A stretch of 64,000 nt of DNA, taken from a virus (Duplodnaviria > Caudoviricetes). Below the pieces are notes generated by a model. It was not told the origin of the DNA and ran no database searches. It saw only the letters and a program-made list of their open reading frames with translations. Within the stretch, counting starts at the first letter, position 1, and every line of letters starts with the position of its first letter. Of the stretch, positions 36,122 to 44,384 are shown piece by piece. The stretch lies in IMG/VR virus record IMGVR_UViG_643692013_000008, positions 1-64,000 of that record; one strand, written 5' to 3'. Position numbers and translations under genes: made by a program.

Positions 36122-37505
36122 TGAAGCCTCGCGATTTAACAGGCGCCGAGCGCGGTTGCGGGTAGTAGCCCATGGCGAGGTCGCCGAACTTCGCCTGCTC
36201 ATGGATGAATGCGAGATAGGCCGTGCCGAGTGCGCCGTTGCGTTGCTTCGCGATGATTGCCTCGGCGGTACCGGCTTCTGGCGAGTCCTCGTGATAGACC
36301 TCGTCCCGGTACAGGAAGATGATCGTGTCGGCGTCCTGCTCGATTGCGCCGGAGTCGCGCAGGTCGGCCATGATCGGGCGCTTATTCGGCCGCTGCTCGA
36401 GCTGCCGGTTCAGTTGGGACAGCGCGATGACGGGCACGTCGAGCTGCTTCGCGAGCATCTTCAGGCCGCCGGAATAGCTGGCGATCCGAAGGTCGTGCCG
36501 CTCGTCCGTGCCGCCAGTCATGAGCTGCAGGTAATCCACGACGATCAACTTTAGGCCGTGCTTCCGCTTGACGGAGCGCGCGCGGCTCGCGATCTCGGCC
36601 ATCGTCAGGCCGGGCGTCTCGTCGATCATCAGTGGCAGCTCGGACAGATAGCTGACGACGTTGGTCAGCTTCGGCCAGTCGGCGTCCGTCATGTGAGAGC
36701 CGTTACGGACGCTCCGCAGTTGGATGCTTCCCTGCCGCGCGATCGCGCGCTGCGTAAGCTGCGTGCCAGGCATCTCCAATGAGAAGATCAGCGCGGTGCC
36801 CTGGGTCTGCGCAACGTATTCGGCAATGCCCTGCGCCATCGCGGTCTTACCCATCGAAGGCCGCGCAGCGACGACGATCAGATCACCACCGCGCACGCCG
36901 CCGCCCAGCTTGAAGTCGAGCTCACGGTAACCCGTCGCCGTAGCGAGCGGCGCGTTCCCGTGATGCTCCTGATCCATCTGCGTGACCACGGGGCTCAGGA
37001 AGGTGCCGATGAATTTCGGCCCGTCTGTGCGCCCTTCCGAAAGTGGCTCGAACTGCGATTGCGCAAAGGCTGTCAGCTCGTCAGCCGTCCGACCGTTCCG
37101 GTTTTGAACCTCGGCGCTCACTTTGTCTGCGGCCGCCATGATGTACCGCAGCTTCGCGCGCTCCACAACGATCTCGGCATAGCGCGCCATGTTGGCGGAG
37201 CCGGGCGTGCTCTGAACAATCGAGTTGAGGTAAGGCAGGCCGCCGGTCTTCTCGACATGGCCATGCGCTTGCAGCCATTCGTAGACCGTCACGGCGTCAG
37301 CGGAACGGCCGACGGCAATCAGCTTGGTGGCGCCCTCGAAGATGATCCGGTGCTCGTAGCGGAAGAAGTGTTCCTGTTGCAGGGCGCCAATGCGGTCGAT
37401 CGAGTCGTTGTCGATCATCAGCGCACCGAGGACCGATTGCTCGGCCTCGATGCTGTGCGGCACATCGATCGCCCCGTCGCCGAAATAGTTTTCGACAGCG
37501 TTCAT
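36111..37505 (-). CDS. dnaB: Replicative helicase
   Basis: PHSIEAEQSVLG, ARPSMGKT, VDYLQL and DLRDSGAIEQDAD motifs. Confidence 0.96.
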   Translation of the reverse strand: MNAVENYFGDGAIDVPHSIEAEQSVLGALMIDNDSIDRIGALQQEHFFRYEHRIIFEGATKLIAVGRSADAVTVYEWLQAHGHVEKTGGLPYLNSIVQSTPGSANMARYAEIVVERAKLRYIMAAADKVSAEVQNRNGRTADELTAFAQSQFEPLSEGRTDGPKFIGTFLSPVVTQMDQEHHGNAPLATATGYRELDFKLGGGVRGGDLIVVAARPSMGKTAMAQGIAEYVAQTQGTALIFSLEMPGTQLTQRAIARQGSIQLRSVRNGSHMTDADWPKLTNVVSYLSELPLMIDETPGLTMAEIASRARSVKRKHGLKLIVVDYLQLMTGGTDERHDLRIASYSGGLKMLAKQLDVPVIALSQLNRQLEQRPNKRPIMADLRDSGAIEQDADTIIFLYRDEVYHEDSPEAGTAEAIIAKQRNGALGTAYLAFIHEQAKFGDLAMGYYPQPRSAPVKSRGFNDD

Positions 37506-37510
37506 GGCGG

Positions 37511-38308
37511 TCAATCCTGGCCCAGAACCCAACGCAGCGTGGCAGCGCACTCGCTGTCCGCAGGCTCCCCCGCCAGCTTCGCCTCGATCGTCGCGCGTGA
37601 GCGCATCCGGGGCGCGCCGCCGTCGATCACGGCCCGCTGCGCGGCCGCCTTGGCGCGGCCCTTGACGCCAGAACCAGCCGCGATAAGCGCCCTCACCTTC
37701 TCGCGCTGCTCGGCGGGTGACAACTTGGCCAGTGCCTTCGCGTGCGTCAGGTTGATCTGCTCGGCCTCGATGGCCTTCTGCACGTCGGCGCAGCATTCGA
37801 GCAGGCTGAGGGAGGCTCGCACGGTCTGCACGGTGCAGCCGAAGATCGTCGCCACATCATCTTCCGAGCGGTAGGCCAGCTGGCGTGCCATTTTTTCGGC
37901 GCGAGAAATCGGCGTCTCCTGCTGGCGGATCGCGTTCTCGCTGGCCGTCGCTGCCGAAAGCACCTTGTCGCGCTCCTCGCGACCAAGCCGACGCACGAAG
38001 CCTTGGATCAGCCGCGGCGGGTCGCCACGATCCCGGCGCCGGCGGTTCGCCTCACGGCAGTTTTTGACCCGCTGCCGGCCGGTCACGACCTCGATTTCCC
38101 CGGTCTCCGGGTTCTTCGTCACCTCGATGGGCTGGAGGACGCCCTGGAAGTCGATGTTGCGCACCATGGCCTCGTCGAGCGGAAGGTGCACGCGCGAGTC
38201 GTACAGCGGGTGGGCCTCGTCCACGACGAGCGTCAGGTCATCTGGATCGAAGTCGAGCAGGTTGCCCTTCCCCTTCGCGCCGTATGCATCGATCGAATTC
38301 TTTGCCAT
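37511..38308 (-). CDS. ParB/Srx-like protein
   Basis: GVLQPI.V, GRQRV, SEN..R motifs followed by HTH. Confidence 0.82.
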   Translation of the reverse strand: MAKNSIDAYGAKGKGNLLDFDPDDLTLVVDEAHPLYDSRVHLPLDEAMVRNIDFQGVLQPIEVTKNPETGEIEVVTGRQRVKNCREANRRRRDRGDPPRLIQGFVRRLGREERDKVLSAATASENAIRQQETPISRAEKMARQLAYRSEDDVATIFGCTVQTVRASLSLLECCADVQKAIEAEQINLTHAKALAKLSPAEQREKVRALIAAGSGVKGRAKAAAQRAVIDGGAPRMRSRATIEAKLAGEPADSECAATLRWVLGQD

Positions 38309-38330
38309 TTACCTCTCCTTCTCAGTTGGA

Positions 38331-39305
38331 TCACTCACACAAACCGTAGGCAGACGAGCAGGCCGTGGCCGGCTCCGCGTCCGCGAGTAAGTCGTATTGC
38401 CGGCCGCCGCGCGTGGTCTTCGACCATTCGACAACCTGAAGCACCGTCGTGGCCTGCCCCATGTGCCCCGTGGTGCCCATGTGAAAGAACGAAACCGGGC
38501 TGAGAGGCCGGCATACCTCCGAAACGAGGCGCTCCCACGCTGCGACGCGCTCAACGTGCTCGGGGAAGCGGCGCGCGATCTCCCGGATCTCCGCTTTCTG
38601 CGCGTTGATGCAGGGCATGCAGCCGACGCGCGACATGCCCTCGCGATACAGCGGGTTCGGCTCGATGCCGGCGGCCGCGTGCGCCTCGAACACGTTGGCG
38701 ACGTTCCAGCGCAGGATCGGACGGAGCACGGCGTAGTGACCACCGCGCCATTCGTAGTGCGGCAGCCACCTGCGTGCCTCGCTCTCGTCGGCGCGCACGC
38801 CTTGCCACGATTCGACGAAATAGCCGTCATCGATCAACCCGATCGCGTATTCGGTGAGCGGGTTGCGCTTCAGGTACTCGGTGCAGAACTGCCGCTTGCG
38901 CGACGGGAACCCGCCGCGTACAAGGCAGAGGTCCAGGAATGGATTACCCGTCGGATGCAACAGCTCCAATGCGCGCGCAGCCGCCTCGGGCGTCCAGGCG
39001 TACATGAACTCGCGCTTGCCGTAGACCGCCGACTCGGGCTCGCCGGCGGCGAGCCGCGCCAGGTTCGCGCGCTTCGTCGCGAACTCGTCCGCAAAATCGG
39101 CCCGCACCACGTCGACGGTGATGCCGAGCGCGCCGGGCAGGTAATCAAGCGCGTAGGCGTAGGTGGCCTCGTGCTCGTTGCCGGTGTCCGCGAACACGGC
39201 GCGCACGTTCGCGCTGCCGTGCAGCTCGAGCGCGACGAGCAGCGTCGCGGTGCTGTCCTTGCCGCCCGACAGCGACACCACGTGCAGGGTCTGGCGATCG
39301 GTCAC
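38331..39305 (-). CDS. PAPS-reductase family (PP-loop) protein
   Basis: SGGKDS, FADTG, CT..LK, GVRADES..R and RVGCMPC motifs. Confidence 0.9.
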   Translation of the reverse strand: MTDRQTLHVVSLSGGKDSTATLLVALELHGSANVRAVFADTGNEHEATYAYALDYLPGALGITVDVVRADFADEFATKRANLARLAAGEPESAVYGKREFMYAWTPEAAARALELLHPTGNPFLDLCLVRGGFPSRKRQFCTEYLKRNPLTEYAIGLIDDGYFVESWQGVRADESEARRWLPHYEWRGGHYAVLRPILRWNVANVFEAHAAAGIEPNPLYREGMSRVGCMPCINAQKAEIREIARRFPEHVERVAAWERLVSEVCRPLSPVSFFHMGTTGHMGQATTVLQVVEWSKTTRGGRQYDLLADAEPATACSSAYGLCE

Positions 39306-39778
39306 GATGCCTCCCACAGCAGCTTCTGCCCGCGCAGGTGCGCAGCCGTATCGATACGCGGCCGTGCGGGCGTGTTCCAATTACCGCCGCCGCGGGCGCC
39401 AACGAGCCGCCAGCCGGCGCCCCGCAAACTGGCGCCGCCTTCGGCCGGCAGCGTGTACGTGATGAGGCGGCGGTAGCCAAGCGCGCGGGCCGCGCGCCAG
39501 GCCGCGCCGTAGAGCGCCGAGCATGCATTGCGCGTGCCGTCGGTGCAGCAGCGCGTCACCTCGAGCGTCAGCCCGTCGTCGTTCCCGCGCGCAACAGGGC
39601 GCCCAACGATCACCACGCCGCAGACGCAAGGCTCCTGCGCGGCAATCGAATCGAGCGACAGCGGATCGACGACGGCGATGCTGAACTTGTGGCCGATCAC
39701 CGGCCGGTGGTGTCGGTGATGGGTGGCGACGAAGGCGTTTGCCTCGTCGAACGATATCGGTGCGATGACCAGGCTCAC
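39302..39778 (-). CDS. XF1762-family / Mom-like GNAT protein
   Basis: EANAFV..HHRHH, GRPVAR, LEVTRCCTDG..NACS.LY and ITYTL..E.GASL..AGW motifs. Confidence 0.78.
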   Translation of the reverse strand: MSLVIAPISFDEANAFVATHHRHHRPVIGHKFSIAVVDPLSLDSIAAQEPCVCGVVIVGRPVARGNDDGLTLEVTRCCTDGTRNACSALYGAAWRAARALGYRRLITYTLPAEGGASLRGAGWRLVGARGGGNWNTPARPRIDTAAHLRGQKLLWEAS

Positions 39779-40845
39779 GAGGCCTCCCGGTGGTATTTGT
39801 CCTCGAGGCACTTCGTGAAGCCGTCGGGCGAGATCAGGAAATCGATGTCGGCGAGGAACGGCGGCTGCCCGGGCCTGGGCTTGGCTTTCCCGGTCAGGAA
39901 GTCCGAATCGGCGCAAACGCGGAAGAACCGGCACCAGGCCTGCATGCCCGCCTCGACGGTCGAGTAGCCGAACGGCTTGCAGGTGAGCGTGGCGGCCTCG
40001 CGCCAGCGCGCGGCGATCGCCCGGCGCCGCTTGGCGTTGAGCAGCCGCACCCTGGGATTCAGCGGCATCAGCTCGTGATACGCCTCGACGATCCGCTCGA
40101 CGGGGCACGGCAGTTCCGCCGGCTTGCGACGTGCCCCCTTGCCGCCAGCGTCAGCGTCGCTGTCGCCATCGCCGAGCAGATCCCTGTTGGGGCCATCAGG
40201 TTCGGCAGCACCGGCCGGTCCGGCTGGCTCGGCAGCGACCGGGGTGGCCGGCGTCGCGTCAGCGGCGCTGGGCACAGGGGCGTTAGCCCCCGTCTTTTTC
40301 TCCTGCTCCTGCTCCTGCTCCTGATTCCCGATAGCCTTCGGGGAAGGCTTTCCGGAAGGCTTAGGCGATGGCTTGTCGAAAGTCTCATGGAAAGCCTTGG
40401 CGAAAGCCTCTCCACGCCCGCAGATATTGGCTCTCAGCGATTCGTATGCCTCGCGTTTCAAGTCGCATTCGGGGATCAACTCCCACTCCGAGCCCCACGA
40501 CTTCACCACGTTCGGCGACTCGGGCAGGTTGCAGGCGATGGCCTTCGGGATCCACACGACCTTGGCTTTCCAGTCGGCTTTCGCCATGCCTTGCTGAAAG
40601 ACTTCCCGGAAGGCTTCGTCGAAGGCTTCCTGATCCCAGTCCAGCTCTTCAGCCATCGCCGCGCGGCCGCTCCGAAAAATGCCGGGGATCGGGCCGGTGT
40701 GAGGCCCGGTCAGCAGGTAGACCCAGAGGCCCGCGCCGCACGGCGGAATCGGTGTCAGCTCGCGGAATTTCTCGTCGCCCCACATGCGCACCTGGATTTT
40801 CCGGAACCGCGCCTTTTTCTCGTCGGGCTTGGTCGGTTCACTCAT
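39775..40845 (-). CDS. Phage replication initiator (O-like)
   Basis: N-terminal wHTH-like region, internal iterons, EQEQEQE linker, C-terminal ADIDFL motif. Confidence 0.82.
   Translation of the reverse strand: MSEPTKPDEKKARFRKIQVRMWGDEKFRELTPIPPCGAGLWVYLLTGPHTGPIPGIFRSGRAAMAEELDWDQEAFDEAFREVFQQGMAKADWKAKVVWIPKAIACNLPESPNVVKSWGSEWELIPECDLKREAYESLRANICGRGEAFAKAFHETFDKPSPKPSGKPSPKAIGNQEQEQEQEKKTGANAPVPSAADATPATPVAAEPAGPAGAAEPDGPNRDLLGDGDSDADAGGKGARRKPAELPCPVERIVEAYHELMPLNPRVRLLNAKRRRAIAARWREAATLTCKPFGYSTVEAGMQAWCRFFRVCADSDFLTGKAKPRPGQPPFLADIDFLISPDGFTKCLEDKYHREAS
40332..40412. repeat. Putative replication-origin iterons inside the initiator gene
   Basis: ~12-bp periodic GAAGGCTT/GAAAGCCT units; a second cluster at ~40596-40630. 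Confidence 0.65.
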
Positions 40846-41083
40846 GACTTTGATTCCTGACTTCCATGCTGAAGGCGCGCAGCAGCGCCAGCGCGTCGCC
40901 GGCATACCAGCGCGCGACAGGCAGCGATTCAGCGTCGCAAATTCGGTGGAGCAGCTCCGATATATCGGCGAGCTGCGGGTGGTCGATCGGATACGCGGAC
41001 CGCGTGCGCGCGAGCCGCTCGCTGCGCGCCGCGAGCTCGCGGTCGGTCGTCGACTCGGGGAGTGGTGCGGGCCGGCGTTTCAT
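40838..41083 (-). CDS. Hypothetical protein
   Basis: 81 aa between cII-like gene and initiator. Confidence 0.6.
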   Translation of the reverse strand: MKRRPAPLPESTTDRELAARSERLARTRSAYPIDHPQLADISELLHRICDAESLPVARWYAGDALALLRAFSMEVRNQSHE

Positions 41084-41092
41084 GGCGACCGG

Positions 41093-41476
41093 CTACCCCT
41101 GGGGGCCTTGCATGCGGTCGAGCATCCGCAGCGCGTTCGACAGCGTCGATGTCGCTCGCTCGATGACCGTGGTGATACGGTTCACTTCCTCGGCTTTGTT
41201 CGCCGGCTTCGCCTCGAAGCCGATCTCCAGCGCGAACCATTGGAACGGGGCGAAGTAGCCCGCGTCGCGTGCCAGCCGGAAGACCATCATCGTCTGGGAC
41301 AGGTCGAGCTTTTCCGAGCGCGCGGGATTGAGGCAATCGAGCAACAGGCGTGCGGCCGTGTCGGTGGACTTGTCCGGCCAAAGCATCGGACCGATCTTCT
41401 TCGCACCGCCCAAGGCTTGTACGGCGGCCTTGAGCGCGTCTTCCGGTCCTTCGTAAAACGGGATGTCGAGCTGCAT
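41093..41476 (-). CDS. CII-like regulator
   Basis: ALGGAKKIG..LWP...L.DCLNP.R.EKL; position after cro. Confidence 0.7.
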   Translation of the reverse strand: MQLDIPFYEGPEDALKAAVQALGGAKKIGPMLWPDKSTDTAARLLLDCLNPARSEKLDLSQTMMVFRLARDAGYFAPFQWFALEIGFEAKPANKAEEVNRITTVIERATSTLSNALRMLDRMQGPQG

Positions 41477-41617
41477 TTCCGAGGTTCCCCGAAAAATTCG
41501 GACGCGTTCGGAAAGACACCGTCCGGCGGAAAAAATAGAGTTCGGTCATGGACACGAACTCTCTTCTCGCCCCTCACTGCGGCCGGCCGCACAACACGCG
41601 TGCAACCGGATCAGGCG

Positions 41618-41644
41618 TAAAAAAGCCCAGCCCGGAGGCTGGGC
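41618..41644 (-). terminator. tR1-like terminator
   Basis: GCCCAGCC...GGCTGGGC + T6 on the minus strand. Confidence 0.7.
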
Positions 41645-41752
41645 GAAACCACACTGCACGGGGGTTTGCAGGTGGAGACCACTGGGTGCGAACCGCCGTC
41701 GTGCCAGAATCGAGGTATCTCACCTCCTCAACCCTTTTCCGACGGGGTTCGC

Positions 41753-42046
41753 ATGACCTTTCAATTCATCTGCGATGCGATTGCCAATCGGCACCTGCTC
41801 CGGTTTCACGATCGCTTCGGCCATACCCGCCTCGTCGAGCCTCACCTTTACGGGGCGCGCGGCGGAGACGGTGTGGTGATCTGCTATCAAATCGACGGTG
41901 GGCACCGAGCAGCGCACGAAGAACTATGGAAGTGCCTGCCAGCCACGGGATTCGGTATCCCCGCTGGGAAGCCAAGTTCCTTTCGCCCAAGATCGATCCC
42001 CGAACACTTGCGAAGCAGTATTTCCACCACCTACGCTCAAACTTGA
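41753..42046 (+). CDS. Stand-alone WYL-like domain protein, antisense moron
   Basis: ICDAIANR..L.F.....R.VEPH.YG......CYQ......WK pattern; 97 aa. Confidence 0.7.
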   Translation: MTFQFICDAIANRHLLRFHDRFGHTRLVEPHLYGARGGDGVVICYQIDGGHRAAHEELWKCLPATGFGIPAGKPSSFRPRSIPEHLRSSISTTYAQT

Positions 42047-42272
42047 AACGGGCACTGCAGTTGCAGGGATGCGGCATATCGAAGCCCCAGATATGCCGAT
42101 GGACGTCGCACAACAGGTCATGCCCATGGCTGTCCAGCCGCAATTTGCGAAGCCTCACGCATGCTGCGCACGGACACGGCGCCTTCCCCTCGTACTCGGC
42201 GGCAAACCGCACAGACCAGTGCAGCCGCAAGTCGATGAAGTCGGCAACACGCCGCGCAAACCAATGCTTCAT
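41766..42272 (-). CDS. Cys/His-rich ORF after cro that runs antisense across the WYL gene
   Basis: GGGGGA RBS 1 nt after the cro stop; CPCAAC...LLCD..R.IWG.....PCNC. Confidence 0.5.
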   Translation of the reverse strand: MKHWFARRVADFIDLRLHWSVRFAAEYEGKAPCPCAACVRLRKLRLDSHGHDLLCDVHRHIWGFDMPHPCNCSARFKFERRWWKYCFASVRGSILGERNLASQRGYRIPWLAGTSIVLRALLGAHRRFDSRSPHRLRRAPRKGEARRGGYGRSDRETGAGADWQSHRR

Positions 42273-42273
42273 C

Positions 42274-42510
42274 TCATCCCCCTTCGGCCTGGGCCGGCTC
42301 GGCCAAGGGCGGATCGGAGTAGATCTGGTCCAGCGTCCAGGTCGCGCCCAGCGAGCCGGCGTACACGATCATTCGCCGCGCGGTTTCGATAACCGGATCG
42401 CAAAGCTGCCGTTCGTACTGGGACAGGGCGGATTGAGTCACGCCAATCTGCTCGGCCATTTCGGCCTGGGAGAGGCTGAGACTCTTGCGAAGGTGGCGGA
42501 TGTTGTTCAT
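42274..42510 (-). CDS. cro: Cro-like XRE HTH
   Basis: LSQAEMAEQIGVTQSALSQYE; divergent from cI. Confidence 0.88.
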   Translation of the reverse strand: MNNIRHLRKSLSLSQAEMAEQIGVTQSALSQYERQLCDPVIETARRMIVYAGSLGATWTLDQIYSDPPLAEPAQAEGG

Positions 42511-42516
42511 GGCCGA

Positions 42517-42596
42517 ATATTAGAACTTCTTCTTTTCATGGTCAAGAGAAGTTCTAATGCTGTCGGCCAGCGGATATTAGTAGCCCTTTTTATGAT
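42517..42596. promoter_or_regulatory. OR region: three 15-bp operators, pR and pRM
   Basis: ATTAGAACTTCTTCT (42519), AAGAGAAGTTCTAAT (42544), ATTAGTAGCCCTTTT (42576); pR TTGACC-17-TAATAT (minus); pRM -10 TATGAT (42591). Confidence 0.78.
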
Positions 42597-42602
42597 TGCC
42601 GC

Positions 42603-43034
42603 ATGGCTACCGTAAAGAAACGACCTCTCACATCCGAAGAAATCGAAGAGTGCCGCCGCTTGGCCCAGGCTTGGGAGCGGCACAAGCAAGACAATCCGGG
42701 AGCGTCACAGAACTGGTTGGGCCAAGTGACAGGACTTGGTGGTCAGAGCCTGATCTCGCAGTATTTCCGCGGCGTCATCCCGCTCAACGTCCGGGCTCTC
42801 CTGACGATCTGTAAGCACATCAACGCCGATCCTCAGGCAATCAGCCCGCGGCTCATGAGTCAGATCATGCCGGCCGGTCTGAAGGAAATCCTGGCCGACG
42901 TCCGTCCTGCAGCACGGGATGCGATTGAAGCTATTCTTCGTGCAGAACAGGCGGGCGAATCGGACGAAGTGTTTCGGCTGGTGCTTCGGCTGTTTCCGCC
43001 TCGCGATGAGGCAGGCGAACTCGAGCGATCATAG
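42603..43034 (+). CDS. cI: CI-like repressor lacking the S24 autoprotease domain
   Basis: N-terminus resembles lambda CI (KKRPLT.E..E...RL; SQ..L....G.GQS; ISPRL); only 143 aa. Confidence 0.85.
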   Translation: MATVKKRPLTSEEIEECRRLAQAWERHKQDNPGASQNWLGQVTGLGGQSLISQYFRGVIPLNVRALLTICKHINADPQAISPRLMSQIMPAGLKEILADVRPAARDAIEAILRAEQAGESDEVFRLVLRLFPPRDEAGELERS

Positions 43035-43305
43035 CCGCGATCGCCACCTGTTTCTCCTCATCGGTAAGGGGTTCCAGCGAGGAATCCTTCGCCTTGAGGC
43101 GCCGAGTAACCACGTATCCCGGTCCTGTAGAGCGCACCGTGAAAGCGGGATCCCCCACCAGGTGGGTCATCCAGCGGCCGTCCGGCAACGCGTGGTTCAC
43201 AATCACAAGTTCCCCGACCAACAGGCGGTTCCAGGCAGAGGTAATACGAGCCAGGTCCCCCGGCTTGCAGCGCAAACTCCCACGCCCATCGCTGACCCGT
43301 CGCAT
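42931..43305 (-). CDS. LexA-controlled protein, candidate antirepressor
   Basis: AGGAGGT RBS; RCKPGDLA.I SH3-like start; SOS box upstream; 3' end overlaps cI by 104 bp. Confidence 0.68.
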   Translation of the reverse strand: MRRVSDGRGSLRCKPGDLARITSAWNRLLVGELVIVNHALPDGRWMTHLVGDPAFTVRSTGPGYVVTRRLKAKDSSLEPLTDEEKQVAIAAMIARVRLPHREAETAEAPAETLRPIRPPVLHEE

Positions 43306-43331
43306 GACACCTCCTGTTGCTCGGCAAACAA

Positions 43332-43347
43332 CTGTATATGTGAACAG
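43332..43347. promoter_or_regulatory. LexA (SOS) box
   Basis: CTGTATATGTGAACAG = CTGT-N8-ACAG, near-consensus, flanked by A/T. Confidence 0.88.
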
Positions 43348-43442
43348 TAGTTTGCCGCGTTTCGAAACCCGGTTCAACCGGATTCAGCACCGCAACATCG
43401 GTAAAAGGCTTGCGTGAGCCGCTCGTCCTCCAGCCCCGTTCG

Positions 43443-43982
43443 TCAGGGCAGACGCCCTTCTTTCACCCGCACATCGAGCACGGTTTTGTTGTCGGCCGCC
43501 AGATCACACTCGTATATGACTGGGGTGTAAGCGCCGAATCCGTTCTGGAATAAGGCCTTGTCGCCCACATACGTGATCACTCCGGCGGCCTGATCGGCCC
43601 AACGGAATCGGCTGAATTTCAGCTCGAAGGTTCGGTCAGTCCACTTGACGTCGTACTTAGCAAGTTTGGTGACTGGATTTTTACAGTACACGCTGGCGCC
43701 GACTATGCCCTTGTCGCCAAGGCACTGCAGATCGGTCTTGGCGCAGTCCGAAGCGCTTTCCTTCGTGCCTGACCTCTCCGCCGCTGCCGGCGGTGCTCCG
43801 CCCTCCTGCTTCGGCGCGGTCACCGCAAGGTAAGCAGCCACGCCGCACACGACGACAACTCCAGCCGTGATCCAGGCGGCCCGCTTCGAGAGATTTTTCT
43901 TGATCGGAGCGCCGCAGCGCACGCACGCGTCCGCCTTGTCGCTTATCTCTGCTCCGCACTCCCCACATTTCACCAGCGCCAT
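43443..43982 (-). CDS. Zinc-ribbon + TM + periplasmic domain protein (possible exclusion factor)
   Basis: C..CG..ISDKA..C..CG.P, then TM, then Cys-containing domain; immunity region. Confidence 0.78.
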   Translation of the reverse strand: MALVKCGECGAEISDKADACVRCGAPIKKNLSKRAAWITAGVVVVCGVAAYLAVTAPKQEGGAPPAAAERSGTKESASDCAKTDLQCLGDKGIVGASVYCKNPVTKLAKYDVKWTDRTFELKFSRFRWADQAAGVITYVGDKALFQNGFGAYTPVIYECDLAADNKTVLDVRVKEGRLP

Positions 43983-44092
43983 CCGGCCACCCCGTCGAGT
44001 TTCGTTGTCCAGGAAGCATACCGAACCGTCTATTTCAGGCCAACGCTGCGCCTTGTGCTGTCGATCGGCTGTTACAAATTTTCCTCGAAAAT

Positions 44093-44134
44093 ATTAGAAG
44101 TTCTCTTGCTTTGAAAAAGAAGAACTTCTAATAT
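44093..44134 (+). promoter_or_regulatory. OL operators and pL
   Basis: ATTAGAAGTTCTCTT (44093), AGAAGAACTTCTAAT (44118); TTGCTT-17-TAATAT; near inverted copy of OR. Confidence 0.8.
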
Positions 44135-44291
44135 TCGGTCCATCGCAGCACACAACACGCTGCACGGCGGAAGCCGGCGATCTTTGACAACTTGGGGATT
44201 CGAGAGAGGGCGTGGCGGTGCTGGCGAGTTGCTGGCTCAGTTCGCCTGCTCTGTTAGGAGGCGCGGCCCGGCGCGAACCGGGCCGCAAATC

Positions 44292-44384
44292 CTAGGTCAC
44301 GACGGTCCAGACGATCAGGAACAGGTACCAGAGGCACTTGGCCAGATCGACCTTAACGTCCACCTTCACAGTTACTTTCACCAT
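44292..44384 (-). CDS. 30-aa hydrophobic peptide, type I toxin-like
   Basis: MVKVTVKVDVKVDLAKCLWYLFLIVWTVVT*; weak RBS; hairpin right after the stop. Confidence 0.5.
   Translation of the reverse strand: MVKVTVKVDVKVDLAKCLWYLFLIVWTVVT

Noticed and set aside
38331-39305. Complete Dnd/Ssp phosphorothioation system or sulfate-assimilation cysH
   Set aside because: No cysteine desulfurase, DndD/E, SspB/C or cys genes nearby; only the family fold is supported
40300-40630. CRISPR-like or VNTR array
   Set aside because: Short degenerate in-frame repeats without spacers; better explained as origin iterons and an EQ linker
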